A DNA stretch of 64,000 nucleotides from an uncultured cyanobacterium (GCA_963703315.1 OY969811.1:736001-800000); one strand, 5' to 3'; shown: positions 1-12,035, counted from the first letter of the stretch. The notes: generated by a model not told the origin, from the sequence alone. Program-made: numbers and translations.

Positions 1-483
1 AAAATTCGGGTGATTCGTGATGATGGCAGACCTGCGGGACTTGTTGAAGCTACTTTGAGAGCCTTGTTACGTCCCATTGACGATGCGCTATCGATTGGGT
101 TCTTGATGATTTTCTTGCATAAACAGGAAAAAAGATTAGGTGATCTCGTGGCAGGAACCGTAGTCATTCAAGAAGAACGTCCTGCCATTGATCAAAAAAT
201 GATTCTTTCCGATCGCGCTGAATCTCTTGCTCAACAACTTTTAGAAGCGAGTAATCTCTCTCTATTGCTTCCCGATGACTTTGCCTCGATTCGCGAATTT
301 TTGCAGCGTCGTCAACACCTAGAACCAGAATCTCGAAAAACGCTCAGCCGTCAACTTGCTCTGCAACTCAAAGCAATTCTAGAATTGGAAACAGTTCCCT
401 TTAAGGCTGATGCGGAAACTTTTATAGAGGTTGTGTTTGTGGCTTATCAACAGCAACGGAGGCGATCGCATGGGCAGTTTTGA
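1..483 (+). CDS. RDD family membrane protein (5' end outside the window)
   Basis: C-terminal RDD motif 'KRLGDLVAGTVVI'; frame is open from the window edge. Confidence 0.8.
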   Translation, partial: KIRVIRDDGRPAGLVEATLRALLRPIDDALSIGFLMIFLHKQEKRLGDLVAGTVVIQEERPAIDQKMILSDRAESLAQQLLEASNLSLLLPDDFASIREFLQRRQHLEPESRKTLSRQLALQLKAILELETVPFKADAETFIEVVFVAYQQQRRRSHGQF

Positions 484-1078
484 TAAAAATGATTTTAACT
501 GGCAGATCGAACAGTTTCAACGACGGGCGAGTGAGTGGCTAGAACTCAACGTCTTTCCCGTTGCTGAACAAACCATTCGTGATGCTGACTGGACATTTAC
601 TGATTGGATCGTGAATGGCGCGATCTGGCTAGCATGGGCAATTCTCGGTGGGGCGATCGCTTGGCTAATCTGGCAACTTTACAAGCTCCTATATCCCTAT
701 CTCGAAACAATTGGTTGGATTAGACCACGTTTGCGAATAGAAGAAAAATTATCTGTCGCTCCTCCTGCAATGGAATGGGAACAGCGATCGCAAGCTTTGG
801 CGGGACAAGGAGAATATCGTGAAGCCTGTCGCGCCCTCTATATGGCAATGTTGCAACGTCTCCACGAAGCCACCCTCGCACCTCAACAACCCAGCCGCAC
901 CGATGGTGAGTATCTCCAACTATTGCGACAGATCCCGCGTTGGCAAACCTATCAGGTGCTGCTGAGTACCCACGAGCGGCTATGTTTCAACGATGAAGTT
1001 CTCTCTCTCAATTCCTTTGAGCGCTGCCAACAAGCCTATCAAGAACTCAATCATTACCTCAGTAGCAACCGATCATGA
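470..1078 (+). CDS. DUF4129-domain membrane protein
   Basis: TM helix then 'YREACRALY...SRTDGEYL'; ATG at 470 overlaps the RDD 3' end; usual RDD/DUF4129/DUF4350 synteny. Confidence 0.7.
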   Translation: MGSFDKNDFNWQIEQFQRRASEWLELNVFPVAEQTIRDADWTFTDWIVNGAIWLAWAILGGAIAWLIWQLYKLLYPYLETIGWIRPRLRIEEKLSVAPPAMEWEQRSQALAGQGEYREACRALYMAMLQRLHEATLAPQQPSRTDGEYLQLLRQIPRWQTYQVLLSTHERLCFNDEVLSLNSFERCQQAYQELNHYLSSNRS

Positions 1079-2142
1079 AATTATCGCGACGGAAAATCTT
1101 AGTAGCAGCGATCGCCTTAGTAGTTACGGTTCTACTTATCTTTGTGAGCGCTCCCAATAACACTTTACATCCTGGTTCTACTTATAGCCGCGCTCCTCAA
1201 GGCTATGGTGCTTGGTATGCCTATATGCTAGATCGCAAAGTTCCAATTCAACGTTGGGAAAAGCCTTTAAAAAATCTGTTGACTAAGGAAAAAGGGACAT
1301 TAGTACGCATCTTTCCCGCAGCATTTAAAGCAACACTCAGTTCTGAAGAACGGAATTGGATTGCCACAGGAAACACCATCATTCAACTTGGGGTTTCCGC
1401 ACCCGCTACGGCTGCTAATTTCAATCAGTCTATCGAAAATCCTGTAGGTATGATCCAGATTGATACCACCAGAAGATTTAAACCCACAGCATCACAGGAG
1501 GCGGTTTTAAGCGATCGCTTTGGCGTGATTATCCGTCAAGAAAAAATTGATAAAGGTCTCCTCCTGCAAGTAAGTACGCCCTATCTTGCCGCTAATGCCT
1601 ATCAAGATGCAAAGGGCAACTATGCTTTGCTAGCGCAACTGGTTCAGGAAAATACACCAATCTGGATAGATGAATATTTGCATGGTTACAAAGATCAGCA
1701 GAGTCGAGAAGCCCTTAAGGAAGGAAATTGGGTGAGCTACCTGATTAAAACACCACTTCTAGCCATAGCTTTACAGGTTACGATTTTACTATGTGTAATT
1801 ATTTGGTCACAAAATCAGCGCTTTGGCATACCACAATCTATTGAGCCGATTAAGACTGATAATAGTCAAGCCTATATCAATTCCCTTGCCAGTGTTTTAG
1901 TACGTGCTGGGGCTAGTGAGTTTGTGGTGCAAGCGATCGGGCAAGCTGAGAAACGTCAGTTACAAAAAAGATTAGGTTTAGGCACAACCTTACTTTCGCA
2001 TCCAGAACTTCTGAGTGCTTGGGTAGAAACTGGGCGATCGCAATCGGAACTCGCGGCGGTTTTAGAACCCCTTGAGCGTAAACAACGTATTAGTGAGAAG
2101 CAGTTATTAGAATGGCTGGCGCAGTGGCAGCACTTAAACTAA
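1075..2142 (+). CDS. DUF4350-domain membrane protein
   Basis: 'GSTYSRAPQGYGAWY' and 'IDEYLHGY' motifs, TM segments, ATGA coupling to the upstream gene. Confidence 0.7.
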   Translation: MKLSRRKILVAAIALVVTVLLIFVSAPNNTLHPGSTYSRAPQGYGAWYAYMLDRKVPIQRWEKPLKNLLTKEKGTLVRIFPAAFKATLSSEERNWIATGNTIIQLGVSAPATAANFNQSIENPVGMIQIDTTRRFKPTASQEAVLSDRFGVIIRQEKIDKGLLLQVSTPYLAANAYQDAKGNYALLAQLVQENTPIWIDEYLHGYKDQQSREALKEGNWVSYLIKTPLLAIALQVTILLCVIIWSQNQRFGIPQSIEPIKTDNSQAYINSLASVLVRAGASEFVVQAIGQAEKRQLQKRLGLGTTLLSHPELLSAWVETGRSQSELAAVLEPLERKQRISEKQLLEWLAQWQHLN

Positions 2143-2215
2143 ACTGCTTCGCAGCGCGTTTAAAAATTTTATCAATAGTGGGGACATCGCTTTGCGATAT
2201 CCCCACTATTGATAA

Positions 2216-3580
2216 TTAATCTTGGTTTTCTAATCTGGCTTGTAACAATGGCACATAGTTCGTATAAACATGACCTTGCCTAAATTCATCATCATCTAAA
2301 ACTTTCTGATGAAAGGGAATAGTCGTTGGTACGCCTGTGATCGCACATTCTCGCAAAGCCCGCTTCATCCGTAAAATTGCCGCAGGGCGATCGCTTGCCC
2401 AGACAATCAACTTTGCAATTAGTGAGTCGTAATAGGGCGGAATGACATAATCAGTGTAAACATGGGAATCCATGCGTACCCCAGGTCCACCGGGGGGTAA
2501 ATAACCACTAATGCGACCGGGGTTAGGGCGGAAGTTGTGATCAGGATCTTCGGCATTAATGCGACATTCGATCGCATGACCCCGAATTTCAATATCTTTT
2601 TGCTGGAAGCGTAACTTCTCGCCTTGGGCAACGCGCAACTGTTCCGCAATCAAGTCAATGCCTGTGATCATCTCCGTTACAGGATGCTCAACTTGGATAC
2701 GGGTATTCATTTCCATGAAATAAAACTTGCCGTATTTATCCAGCAAAAATTCCACTGTGCCGACACCGACATAATTAATCGCCTTGGCAGCCTTCACCGC
2801 CGCATCCCCCATTTTTTCACGTAATTTCGGATTTACGGCACTGCTAGGTGCTTCTTCCAATAATTTTTGATGACGGCGTTGGATCGAGCAGTCCCGTTCG
2901 CCCAAATGCACTACGTGACCATGCATATCTGCCAAAATCTGAATTTCGATATGGCGTGGATCTTCGATGACCTTCTCGATATAGACACCACCATTACCAA
3001 AGGCAGCCTCGGCTTCCCCTTGGGCAGCCCGTAATAAACGTAACAAATCATCGGGGTTATTAACTAGACGCATTCCTCGACCACCACCACCTGCGGTCGC
3101 CTTGATCATCACAGGAAAGCCAATATCATGGGCAATTTTGATCGCTTGCTCCTCTGATTCGATTAAGCCTTCACTGCCGGGGATAGTCGGTACACCTGCC
3201 TTTTGCATTGTCTTCTTGGCAGTAGACTTGTCTCCCATAGAGCGGATTGAGTTGGGACTAGGACCGACGAACATCAAATTATGATCGGCGCAGATTTCCG
3301 CAAATCGAGCATTTTCTGATAAAAATCCATATCCAGGGTGAATCGCGGTGGCGTTATGGGTAATCGCCGCCGAAATAATATTAGGAATATTGAGATAACT
3401 TTTACTGCTAGGTGAATCGCCAATGCAGACGGCTTCATGGGCTAGCTGTACGTGTAATGAGTTGCGATCGATGTCCGAATAAACAGCAACAGTCGGAATT
3501 CCTAGTTCTTCGCAAGTCCGAATAATTCGGAGGGCAATTTCACCTCGATTGGCAATTAGTAGTTTGGCGATTGGAGCCAT
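2216..3580 (-). CDS. accC: acetyl-CoA carboxylase, biotin carboxylase subunit
   Basis: 'LIANRGEIA', '[10 protein letters not shown]', 'GGGGRGMR', '[14 protein letters not shown]'. Confidence 0.97.
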   Translation of the reverse strand: MAPIAKLLIANRGEIALRIIRTCEELGIPTVAVYSDIDRNSLHVQLAHEAVCIGDSPSSKSYLNIPNIISAAITHNATAIHPGYGFLSENARFAEICADHNLMFVGPSPNSIRSMGDKSTAKKTMQKAGVPTIPGSEGLIESEEQAIKIAHDIGFPVMIKATAGGGGRGMRLVNNPDDLLRLLRAAQGEAEAAFGNGGVYIEKVIEDPRHIEIQILADMHGHVVHLGERDCSIQRRHQKLLEEAPSSAVNPKLREKMGDAAVKAAKAINYVGVGTVEFLLDKYGKFYFMEMNTRIQVEHPVTEMITGIDLIAEQLRVAQGEKLRFQQKDIEIRGHAIECRINAEDPDHNFRPNPGRISGYLPPGGPGVRMDSHVYTDYVIPPYYDSLIAKLIVWASDRPAAILRMKRALRECAITGVPTTIPFHQKVLDDDEFRQGHVYTNYVPLLQARLENQD

Positions 3581-3925
3581 GTTTCAGAACAGTTTGTTGG
3601 TAATTGGTAGTTTGTAATCGCTTGATATGAGTTGGGATACGTCAGATCACGATTTTAGGTTTTCTGATTTGGCTTTGAGTCAGCAGCGTGAATCATGAAT
3701 TAGATGAATTATTTTTTTGTGCAGACAACAAATCAGAGCTTTTGAATTTTAACTTTTTTTGTGCGGCTTCGTATCATGCAACCAAATACTATGCAAAATA
3801 CTATTCAAATTTTTGGCTCTCTCAGACTTGATTAAATGGTGAATCAAATCCGAAAGAGCCGTTTTGTTTGATGAGCTTGATGATTAAATACTTGCATTTA
3901 GATCCAAAGTGCCTCATATTTCAAC

Positions 3926-4195
3926 TTACAGCCTTAAAGTGGTCATATCTCTGGAGCGAGAATGAAGGCTTTGGGCTTGGGGCAGAGGTGTAAAGCGACT
4001 GGCAACTGGCTTCATTGATCTTCTTGGTTCTGCGGGCAACCCTGGGGCATAAGCTTCTAATACATGACCACTGCGAGTACACATTACTAATAGATAGTCA
4101 CATTCTTCGCATTGAGTTTTGACTTGACCAAGATAGGAGAGGTGATGGCGCTCGGCGATTTCACCACAATTAGGGCAACGAATAGATTCAATCAT
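3926..4195 (-). CDS. small cyanobacterial Zn-ribbon protein
   Basis: CPNCG...CEECDYL...C pattern in 89 aa; RBS-like GGAGA upstream. Confidence 0.65.
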   Translation of the reverse strand: MIESIRCPNCGEIAERHHLSYLGQVKTQCEECDYLLVMCTRSGHVLEAYAPGLPAEPRRSMKPVASRFTPLPQAQSLHSRSRDMTTLRL

Positions 4196-4817
4196 TTTGG
4201 GATCTCCCTAATATTAATATATATAAATAAATTTAAATTCTCTTGCAAATTTCGTAAAACTAATTTCTTGAAGGTAATTTAATGAACTGAGAAACAGTAC
4301 ATCATCTTGTTCAATTATTTAATGTTTGTGATGATTTGACTACAAGAGTAAGGTTGAAATTCTTAAAGGTTGAAAATCTGACAGTTTTCTCAAAAGTATT
4401 TCTAAAGAAGTAGCTGTAAAGATTTGAATATATTTTTAATTTGGTTTTAGATAATTATGGATGAGATAAACTTTTAAAAATCAAGATTTAAGTATGAGTC
4501 GATTATATGCATAAAAAATGGAGATCATTACCAGATAGGCGATCCCCGTCTTAGAATTGACAACAAATAATCACTAGAACTTGCTTGGCTGTAAGGAGTT
4601 GATTGATGATTAAAAAATAGTTAAAGATAAATATGTATTCAAAAATCCTTATAAATATTTACAAGATTCTTATGATCAACCAAATATGAATATTATTTAA
4701 TAATACTAAGAAATGTGAATATTGCTTCACGATATACATACAGCATTTTACGAATTTATCACCTATAAAAAAGCTAAGAGAGAGTGACAGTGCGAAGTAC
4801 CGCCACTCTCTTGCGAT

Positions 4818-5729
4818 CTAGAGGACGCTAGCAAGTAAAGCTTTTTGAGCATGGAGACGATTTTCGGCTTCATCCCAAATACGTGATTGCCTGCCTTCCA
4901 TCACTTCATCAGTAATCTCTTCACCACGATGAGCAGGTAAACAATGTAAAGCGATCGCTTCTTTATCGGCTAAAGACATTAACTCTGCGTTTAACTGATA
5001 GGGCTGAAAAATGGGAATGCGATCTTCTGCTTCTGATTCTTGCCCCATACTTGCCCAGACATCGGTATATAAAACGTGAGCCGCCCTAGAAGCCAGTTTG
5101 GGATCTTCCGTGACAATCACTTCTGAATTTATAGCTAGGGCTTTTGCCTGAGCGACAACTTGAGGGTCGGGAGTAAAGTTTTTCGGTGAAGCAATGCGGA
5201 CATTCATCCCCACTAGAGCGCAACCAATCATCAGGGAATGCGCCATGTTATTACCATCACCAAGATAGGTCAGGGTAAGTCCTTTTAAAGTGCCAAAATT
5301 TTCTAATACGGTCAGTAAATCGGCGAGAACTTGGCAAGGATGTTCTAAATCACTAAGAGCATTGATGATTGGCATCTTAGAAAATTTGGCAAAGGTCTCC
5401 AACTCCGCTTGCTCAAAGGTACGAATGGCAAGCACATCTAAGTAACGATCAAGGACTCTGGCAGTATCTTCTATGGGTTCACCACGACTTACTTGGGTTA
5501 CATTCGGGTCAAGATCGATGACGTGTCCCCCTAATTGATGCATAGCAACAGTAAAACTGACTCTTGTTCTTGTGGATGCTTTGCGAAATAGTAGCCCAAG
5601 GGTTTTGCGCTGAAAGTCAAACTGTACTTCCCCTGCCTTGAGTTGTTTCGCAAGTGTCAGCAATTCCTGAATCTCGCTTGGTTGTAAGTCTGCCAAACTA
5701 AGAAGATCGCGTCCCTGAAGGTTTCCCAT
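4818..5729 (-). CDS. argF: ornithine carbamoyltransferase
   Basis: 'STRTRVSF', 'HPCQVLAD', 'HCLPAHRG'. Confidence 0.97.
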   Translation of the reverse strand: MGNLQGRDLLSLADLQPSEIQELLTLAKQLKAGEVQFDFQRKTLGLLFRKASTRTRVSFTVAMHQLGGHVIDLDPNVTQVSRGEPIEDTARVLDRYLDVLAIRTFEQAELETFAKFSKMPIINALSDLEHPCQVLADLLTVLENFGTLKGLTLTYLGDGNNMAHSLMIGCALVGMNVRIASPKNFTPDPQVVAQAKALAINSEVIVTEDPKLASRAAHVLYTDVWASMGQESEAEDRIPIFQPYQLNAELMSLADKEAIALHCLPAHRGEEITDEVMEGRQSRIWDEAENRLHAQKALLASVL

Positions 5730-5844
5730 AGTTGTTAGTTAGAAAAAAACTTGTAATGACTGTATCATCAACATGAACGGCTTGACACGCTGCGAATTTG
5801 TCTCATGACAAACCTAAACTAATGCAGATATTTTTACAGTTGCC

Positions 5845-5899
5845 AAAAACCGAGAAGAGAATTGCGGCGCTTCGCGCCGCAATTCTCTTCTCGGTTTTT
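5845..5899. repeat. GC-NNA-GC triloop palindrome (representative member)
   Basis: Perfect arms AAAAACCGAGAAGAGAATTGCGGCGC around TTC. Confidence 0.9.
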
Positions 5900-5948
5900 A
5901 GTCAGCGCAAAGCGCTGTATAGCAATCGTCGCTAATATTTTATGAAGT

Positions 5949-8900
5949 ATGAAGTTCCTATCCTCAAGACTCGCTACCTTCAGAATATCTAGGCATCATT
6001 ATCTGTGGTTGCTGGTAGGTCTTGCGAGCTTACTGATCGGTAGTGAGATTGTGGGGCGATTAGGTGCGGAAATATTATGGTTTCAAGAAGTTGGCTATTT
6101 GCCCATGTATTTGCGGCGGCTGATGGCGCAAATGGGATTGGGAATTGTGGTATTTGCGATCGCTACTATTTATCTGTTTAGAAATTTACAAATTGCCCAA
6201 AAACTGAAATATGCTGAGCCTTTGAGTGATCTAGAAAAACAGGCGCAGAAATCTCAGAAATCCAAGACAAAATCTCAATATCGCCTTTATAAGAATCAGC
6301 TTAATCATCAGCAAGTAGTAGCGTCTAAATATATTCCTACTTCCTTGAGATTACGATCGCTATTGCCGCTAGTTTTGGGATTGAGTTTGCTGATTTGCTT
6401 GCTAGTAATTCACTATGGACAGGTGGCGATCGCCCAATGGCAACCTTCCGTAATTCAGCCAATGATCGCCCCAAAAACACCTTTATTATTTCGTCCAGAG
6501 ACAGTTTGGAATTTGGCAGTTTCAATCTTAACCGAGAGACTGACGGCAACTGTGATGATCGCGGTGTCAATCGCTTTACTGATTTATCCCAAATTTTTGT
6601 TCAGGGCGATCGCTGTTTTTATCAGTTTATCTACGGCATGGGTGATCTCCCGACAATGGACACATATTCTTCCTTACTGGCAACCCACTAGTTTTAATCG
6701 AACTGAGCCAGTTTTTAATCAAGATATTAGCTTTTATATATTCAATTTGCCCACCTTAGAAGTTTTGGAATTCGGGCTAGTTGGGATCTGTCTGTATGGT
6801 TTTATGGCTGTACTTTTAACCTATTTATTATCGGGAGGAAGCCTGAGCGAAGGTAAATTTATTGGTATCTCCCATGATCAGCAGCGCCATCTCTATGGAC
6901 TTGGGGGCGTGGTGATGTTGGTGGTTAGCTTCAGTTATTGGCTAAATCGCTATGAGCTTTTATATTCTCCACGTGGAGTTTCCTATGGTGCTAGCTATAC
7001 CGATACGGTCGTGCAGTTACCTGTTTATACAGGACTGAGTGTTTTAGCCTGTGCGATCGCCATTTATCTAATCCTGCGATGGATCAAATTTCATCGCCAA
7101 CCTGTGAGCCGTAGACCGATAGTGGCAGCATTATTGGGATATTTGATTATGGCGATCGGGCTGGGCGTGGGGTTACCGATCTCAGTCCAAGCCTTAATCG
7201 TACAGCCCAATGAACTTGCCCGCGAGCAGCCCTATATTCAACGCACGATCGCCTCCACCCGTGCAGCATTTGGACTCGAAAGTATTACTTCGCAAATTTT
7301 TAATCCACAGGGCAAATTAACCGAGCAATCCATTCAAAAGAATGATCTTACAGTTCGTAATATTCGGCTTTGGGATAAACAGCCACTCCTCGCAACCAAT
7401 CGCCAACTTCAACAAATCAGGCTCTATTACAGTTTTCCCGATGCTGATATTGATCGCTATACGATCAACGAAACTAATCAATCCAAACCTAATGCTAGTC
7501 AACAACAGGTACTGATCGCCGCTAGGGAATTAGACTATCGAGCGGTTCCCCAAGAGGCGCAAACTTGGGTGAATCAGCATTTAATTTATACGCATGGCTA
7601 TGGCTTTACCCTCAGTCCTGTGAATCGGGTTGGGGCGGGAGGATTACCAGAATATTTTATTAAAGATATTGGGATTACCGAAGGGACACCCCTCACTACT
7701 TCTAGTGAAGCCGTGCGGCAAAGCATTCCCATTGGTAAACCACGCATTTATTACGGAGAGAATACGGATACCTATGTGATGACTGGCACAAAAGTTAAGG
7801 AACTCGATTATCCTAGCGACAATGACAATGTGTACAACATTTACGATGGCAGGGGCGGTATTCTCCTTAATTCCTTTTGGCGGCGGATGCTATTTGCTAA
7901 GTACTTAAATGACTGGCGGATGGCGGTAACTCCTGAATTTCTGCCCGAAACCAAGTTACTATTTCGGCGAAATATTATGCAGAGGGTGAAGGCGATCGCC
8001 CCATTTTTGCGCTATGACAGTGATCCTTATTTGGTGGCGGCAAAGGCGCAGCCCCAGTCGAATGATCCTAGTTCTCTCTATTGGATTGTTGATGCCTATA
8101 CAACTAGCGATCGCTATCCCTATTCCGACATTGGTAAAGAAGGAATTAATTACATTTGCAACTCGATCAAAGTAGTGATTGATGCCTATCATGGTACGGT
8201 GAATTTCTATATTGCCGATCCCAGTGATCCAATCATCAGTACGTGGGCAAAGATTTTTCCTGATTTGTTTAAGCCTCTAAGGGCAATGCCTGAAAACCTG
8301 CGTCAGCATTTACGCTATCCTGTGGATTTATTCTCAATTCAATCAGAACGCTTGATTACCTATCACATGACCGATGCTCAAGTGTTCTATAACCGCGAAG
8401 ATCAATGGCAAATTCCTAATGAAGTCTATGGGGATAAACCGCGTTTGGTAGAACCCTATTACTTGATTACGAGTTTACCTGAAGTTCCCTTTGAGGAATT
8501 TATTCTCTTATTACCATTTACCCCTAAAGAGCGCACCAATTTAGTAGCATGGCTAGCGGCGCGATCGGATGGAGAAAATTATGGCAAACTACTGCTCTAT
8601 ACATTTCCTAAACAAATTCTTGTCTATGGGACTGAACAAATCGAAGCCAGAATCAATCAAGATCCTGTCATTTCTCAACAAATTTCACTCTGGAATCGTC
8701 AAGGCTCACGAGTAATCCAAGGAAATCTGTTAGTTATTCCGATTGAGCAATCACTTTTGTATGTAGAACCACTCTATTTAGAATCGACTCAAAACAAATT
8801 ACCGACATTAGTACGAGTGATTGTCGCCTATGAAAATCGGATTGTGATGGCACAAACTTTACAACAGGCGATCGCTGCCATCTTCAAACCAGAGCCAGAA

Positions 8901-8951
8901 ATTACGCCGCCAATTATTCGTCCAGTCGAAGCACCCGTGACACCACCTTAA
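5949..8951 (+). CDS. UPF0182 family membrane protein
   Basis: Multi-TM N-terminus, 'NIRLWD', 'YTHGYG', '[19 protein letters not shown]'. Confidence 0.9.
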   Translation: MKFLSSRLATFRISRHHYLWLLVGLASLLIGSEIVGRLGAEILWFQEVGYLPMYLRRLMAQMGLGIVVFAIATIYLFRNLQIAQKLKYAEPLSDLEKQAQKSQKSKTKSQYRLYKNQLNHQQVVASKYIPTSLRLRSLLPLVLGLSLLICLLVIHYGQVAIAQWQPSVIQPMIAPKTPLLFRPETVWNLAVSILTERLTATVMIAVSIALLIYPKFLFRAIAVFISLSTAWVISRQWTHILPYWQPTSFNRTEPVFNQDISFYIFNLPTLEVLEFGLVGICLYGFMAVLLTYLLSGGSLSEGKFIGISHDQQRHLYGLGGVVMLVVSFSYWLNRYELLYSPRGVSYGASYTDTVVQLPVYTGLSVLACAIAIYLILRWIKFHRQPVSRRPIVAALLGYLIMAIGLGVGLPISVQALIVQPNELAREQPYIQRTIASTRAAFGLESITSQIFNPQGKLTEQSIQKNDLTVRNIRLWDKQPLLATNRQLQQIRLYYSFPDADIDRYTINETNQSKPNASQQQVLIAARELDYRAVPQEAQTWVNQHLIYTHGYGFTLSPVNRVGAGGLPEYFIKDIGITEGTPLTTSSEAVRQSIPIGKPRIYYGENTDTYVMTGTKVKELDYPSDNDNVYNIYDGRGGILLNSFWRRMLFAKYLNDWRMAVTPEFLPETKLLFRRNIMQRVKAIAPFLRYDSDPYLVAAKAQPQSNDPSSLYWIVDAYTTSDRYPYSDIGKEGINYICNSIKVVIDAYHGTVNFYIADPSDPIISTWAKIFPDLFKPLRAMPENLRQHLRYPVDLFSIQSERLITYHMTDAQVFYNREDQWQIPNEVYGDKPRLVEPYYLITSLPEVPFEEFILLLPFTPKERTNLVAWLAARSDGENYGKLLLYTFPKQILVYGTEQIEARINQDPVISQQISLWNRQGSRVIQGNLLVIPIEQSLLYVEPLYLESTQNKLPTLVRVIVAYENRIVMAQTLQQAIAAIFKPEPEITPPIIRPVEAPVTPP

Positions 8952-8979
8952 AAAAAGAGGTTGCTATGCAACCTCTTTT

Positions 8980-9516
8980 TTAGATTTTTACGCCAGATTT
9001 ACGGGCAATCCAGATTTCCCAGTTACGCAGAAAACTTGATCGAGCTTTGAATATTGTGGAAATCGATGGCTTAAATACAATCTCCTCACAAGGGGGCTGT
9101 ACCAAAATCGTAAATAAGCCTAAACGATTTCCCACAATCGTGTCAGTAAATAGGCGATCGCCAACCATAGCAACTTGTGAAGCTGGTAATTGCATTGCTT
9201 CTAAAACCTGACGCACTACCCGCCGCGATGGCTTACCAGCCCGACTACGATAGGGAAGCTTGAGACTTTCGGCAACCTTTTGAATACGGCGATCGCTAAA
9301 GTTATTACTAGCTAGCCAGATGGGATATTGCGATCGCATTTGCTCTACCCAACGACTAATTTCTTCCGACGCATAGGCTTCATCATCACCAATCAATGTA
9401 TTATCCACGTCTAAAATCAAGCCCCGTAATCCATGTGCTTCCATGAGTTGCGGCGTGATCGCGTAAATTGGTGCTGACAAAACTAGGTCAGGAGCAATAA
9501 GTTTCCAAGCTTTCAC
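8980..9516 (-). CDS. YqeG-family HAD IIIA phosphatase
   Basis: 'LDVDNTL', 'KPS', 'MVGDRLFTD'. Confidence 0.88.
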   Translation of the reverse strand: MKAWKLIAPDLVLSAPIYAITPQLMEAHGLRGLILDVDNTLIGDDEAYASEEISRWVEQMRSQYPIWLASNNFSDRRIQKVAESLKLPYRSRAGKPSRRVVRQVLEAMQLPASQVAMVGDRLFTDTIVGNRLGLFTILVQPPCEEIVFKPSISTIFKARSSFLRNWEIWIARKSGVKI

Positions 9517-9586
9517 AAATATTTTGAAAATGTTAATTAAATTATTAAGAATATCTTAACTCAGAATTGCCCCAGCAGCATGAGTG

Positions 9587-10246
9587 CTATAGCAAGCCAC
9601 GATAGCGAATGAAGACTAAAACAACTGACCATGAGCCTAGGGCTACTTTAATCGCAACGAGAATGTTCAGAATTGGGATGATACCGCCACTGAATAGTTC
9701 GCCCATCTGACCATGGGGTAATTCTAGCCCTGAGAGGGTGATCACTGATAAAACAATAAAAATTAGAACCGATATCTTTTCCCAAGTTGCGGCGTGCCAT
9801 CGCTTATACAAATTCTGAAGTCTCTCTGGCGAAGAAGTAATCGCAATCAAGCCGATCGCCGTTCCACCAGCGACACCTGCGGCAAAGCCTCCTCCTGGGC
9901 TGAGATGCCCACGAATGGCTAACTCGATCGCTACCAGTGCCGCAATAGTGGCTCCCAGTTGAGCAAGGACAATTGAAGTTTGATCGGTAAATTGGTAAAT
10001 TCTCGTAAAGGGTTTCTCATTGGCAAGTAAAAAGTTTGCCCCCATAATTGCGATCGTAAAAACAATTACTTCAAAAATGGTGTCATAGAGGCGATTGCGA
10101 AAAATGATTCCTGATACGACATTACTCACACCACTGTCTTGGGCGATCGCCTCGACAATCGAGAAAGATAAGCTAGGCGCGGGGTTGGGCAGGAATAGCA
10201 TTTTTATAAAAAAAGCAATCCCTGCGATTATATAAATCCATTTCAT
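9587..10246 (-). CDS. mrpB: Mrp/Mnh Na+/H+ antiporter subunit B
   Basis: 'NRLYDTIFEV', 'GHLSPGGGFAAG'; operon context. Confidence 0.88.
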   Translation of the reverse strand: MKWIYIIAGIAFFIKMLFLPNPAPSLSFSIVEAIAQDSGVSNVVSGIIFRNRLYDTIFEVIVFTIAIMGANFLLANEKPFTRIYQFTDQTSIVLAQLGATIAALVAIELAIRGHLSPGGGFAAGVAGGTAIGLIAITSSPERLQNLYKRWHAATWEKISVLIFIVLSVITLSGLELPHGQMGELFSGGIIPILNILVAIKVALGSWSVVLVFIRYRGLL

Positions 10247-10303
10247 TGTTCTTGGGGGAGTAATTAAGATGGTAGGAGTTTAGAGTTATCGCAAAATTAA
10301 CCG

Positions 10304-10981
10304 CTAGATGCGAATTAATTGGACATTAGCCAAATCTGGATTCGCTTGCATAATCTCATAAAGCCGACGCAAACGGATTTTGATTTGATAAAATCTGCCT
10401 TGATTAACTTCTTGAGTCTCAGCATCATGCAAAGTGGCATGAACAAGCTTATCAATTAACGCTTGTTCTAATTCTGCTTCAGTCTCATAGGGAACTAATT
10501 CAACTCTCATATAGTATTTACTGAAAGTATTTTTCAGGACATCGATCAGCTTCTCAATATTAGATATAGAGATATGATCCTGATCTATTCCATTATCTGT
10601 ATCTATAACTGGATGCTCGTCAAGCTGCTCAGGTTGTTGTAATTCTTCTTGTTCTAATTGCTCAGAGGGAAGGTAAAGCTTATTTAATTCTTCTTCTAAA
10701 TCGTGAGCGATCGCCATCTCCTCAACTACACCCAAACGCAATACTAAAGAGGATCGTATCGCAACCACTTGGAGCATTGTCGCTAAAAAAGCTCCGACTA
10801 GAGCCTCGGTCAGCGCTACATCCGCCGCGCCTAAAATCGTATAGACTAGCGCTGATATTGCGCCTAAAATGCCACGAATAACTAGAGCTTTGTAGGGATT
10901 AGTTTGGAACACCAACATTGATGCTGATATCGGTAGCAGCACTGCGATCGCATAGACATAACCATCGTAATTACTAATCAT
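10304..10981 (-). CDS. Mrp antiporter DUF4040-type subunit (MrpA C-terminal-like)
   Basis: 'GAADVALTEALVG'; position within the mrp operon. Confidence 0.8.
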   Translation of the reverse strand: MISNYDGYVYAIAVLLPISASMLVFQTNPYKALVIRGILGAISALVYTILGAADVALTEALVGAFLATMLQVVAIRSSLVLRLGVVEEMAIAHDLEEELNKLYLPSEQLEQEELQQPEQLDEHPVIDTDNGIDQDHISISNIEKLIDVLKNTFSKYYMRVELVPYETEAELEQALIDKLVHATLHDAETQEVNQGRFYQIKIRLRRLYEIMQANPDLANVQLIRI

Positions 10982-11056
10982 TTACTGTTCTAATACTGTT
11001 CTAATCTGGAGGAAGGCTTAATTGTTTTTAGGACGTGTTAATACAACGCAAAGAAT

Positions 11057-11356
11057 CTATTTCTTTTTAGTCGTACTGCTGGAACAGTATGCCAGCACAT
11101 AGCACAGCATCGTATTCCATAGGGCTAAGGAAATAATTGCCAGAATCAGTAATGGCAACTCCTTGGGGCGAAGTAAGACTAAACCAAATACGATCGCGAT
11201 CGAGCCAAGGGTATCCGATACCGAAAGGCTATGGAGTTTAAAAAGTACCGATCGCTTTGTTAGTAAAGCTGACGTTCCCCAAAACCAGAATACTAATCCA
11301 CTTAGAATACAGATATAACTGAGTATATGGACTAAATTTGTCATGGTTATGGACAT
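11057..11356 (-). CDS. mrpG: Mrp antiporter subunit G
   Basis: 'KLHSLSVSDTLGS'; 3 TM; operon context. Confidence 0.85.
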   Translation of the reverse strand: MSITMTNLVHILSYICILSGLVFWFWGTSALLTKRSVLFKLHSLSVSDTLGSIAIVFGLVLLRPKELPLLILAIISLALWNTMLCYVLAYCSSSTTKKK

Positions 11357-11358
11357 GG

Positions 11359-11643
11359 TTATAGCTCTCCTGTGCGTTGAATGATATGGGCTAGGAGCAT
11401 AAATCCTGCATTACCCACACTCAAAATAATCACGCCGATTACGCCAATCATCCAATCGTCTCGCAACACTGCGATTACTAAAATCATCACTGCGGATTTG
11501 GCAGCAATACTAGAAAAAGCAAGCATGATTTCCCAAATATCGCCATCGTATTTCCAAGCCTGATAAAGGGGAATTAGTAAAGATATAACCATCGCGCCGA
11601 CGACAAAATTTAATACGGAATTGGGAGATAGATCGATATTCAT
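11359..11643 (-). CDS. mrpF: Mrp antiporter subunit F-like
   Basis: Small 3-TM protein between mrpE and mrpG. Confidence 0.7.
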   Translation of the reverse strand: MNIDLSPNSVLNFVVGAMVISLLIPLYQAWKYDGDIWEIMLAFSSIAAKSAVMILVIAVLRDDWMIGVIGVIILSVGNAGFMLLAHIIQRTGEL

Positions 11644-12035
11644 GAATTACGTCTCCTCTGGATGCGGCGCACAACATGATGTACCACATACCAGTCATCT
11701 TCTTGATGTCTCAACACAATAGTTTTAGGTGTGAAAGTAATCACAAAAATGTCCAAGAAAACTAGGGCTGCTGATCGACGGTTTTTGGCTTTTTCCATAA
11801 TCACTTCTTCATGTTTATGGGGTTGACAGATCATCTCAATTGCTTCGATATAGGCTTGAGGAACTGCCACAATCATCTTTTTGATGCCATAAATAACATC
11901 CTTAAACTGAATCGCTTCCGAGCGGTAATAGGGCATGAGCAGAGAGATGCTTACACCAATGATGATATTGGTAATACTTAAATTAGCGGTTAACAAAAAC
12001 CAGATCACGATTCGCAAAATAAATTGTCCAATCAT
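11640..12035 (-). CDS. mrpE: Mrp antiporter subunit E
   Basis: 'ITFTPKTIV...VH' MnhE-like motif. Confidence 0.82.
   Translation of the reverse strand: MIGQFILRIVIWFLLTANLSITNIIIGVSISLLMPYYRSEAIQFKDVIYGIKKMIVAVPQAYIEAIEMICQPHKHEEVIMEKAKNRRSAALVFLDIFVITFTPKTIVLRHQEDDWYVVHHVVRRIQRRRNS

Noticed and set aside
3926..4195. PriA helicase (a label sometimes given to such small proteins)
   Set aside because: Only 89 aa with a Zn-ribbon pattern and no helicase motifs.
8151..8175. UPF0182 motif reads YICNS where I recall YIRNS
   Set aside because: A single substitution; it could be strain variation or a sequencing error and cannot be assessed here.
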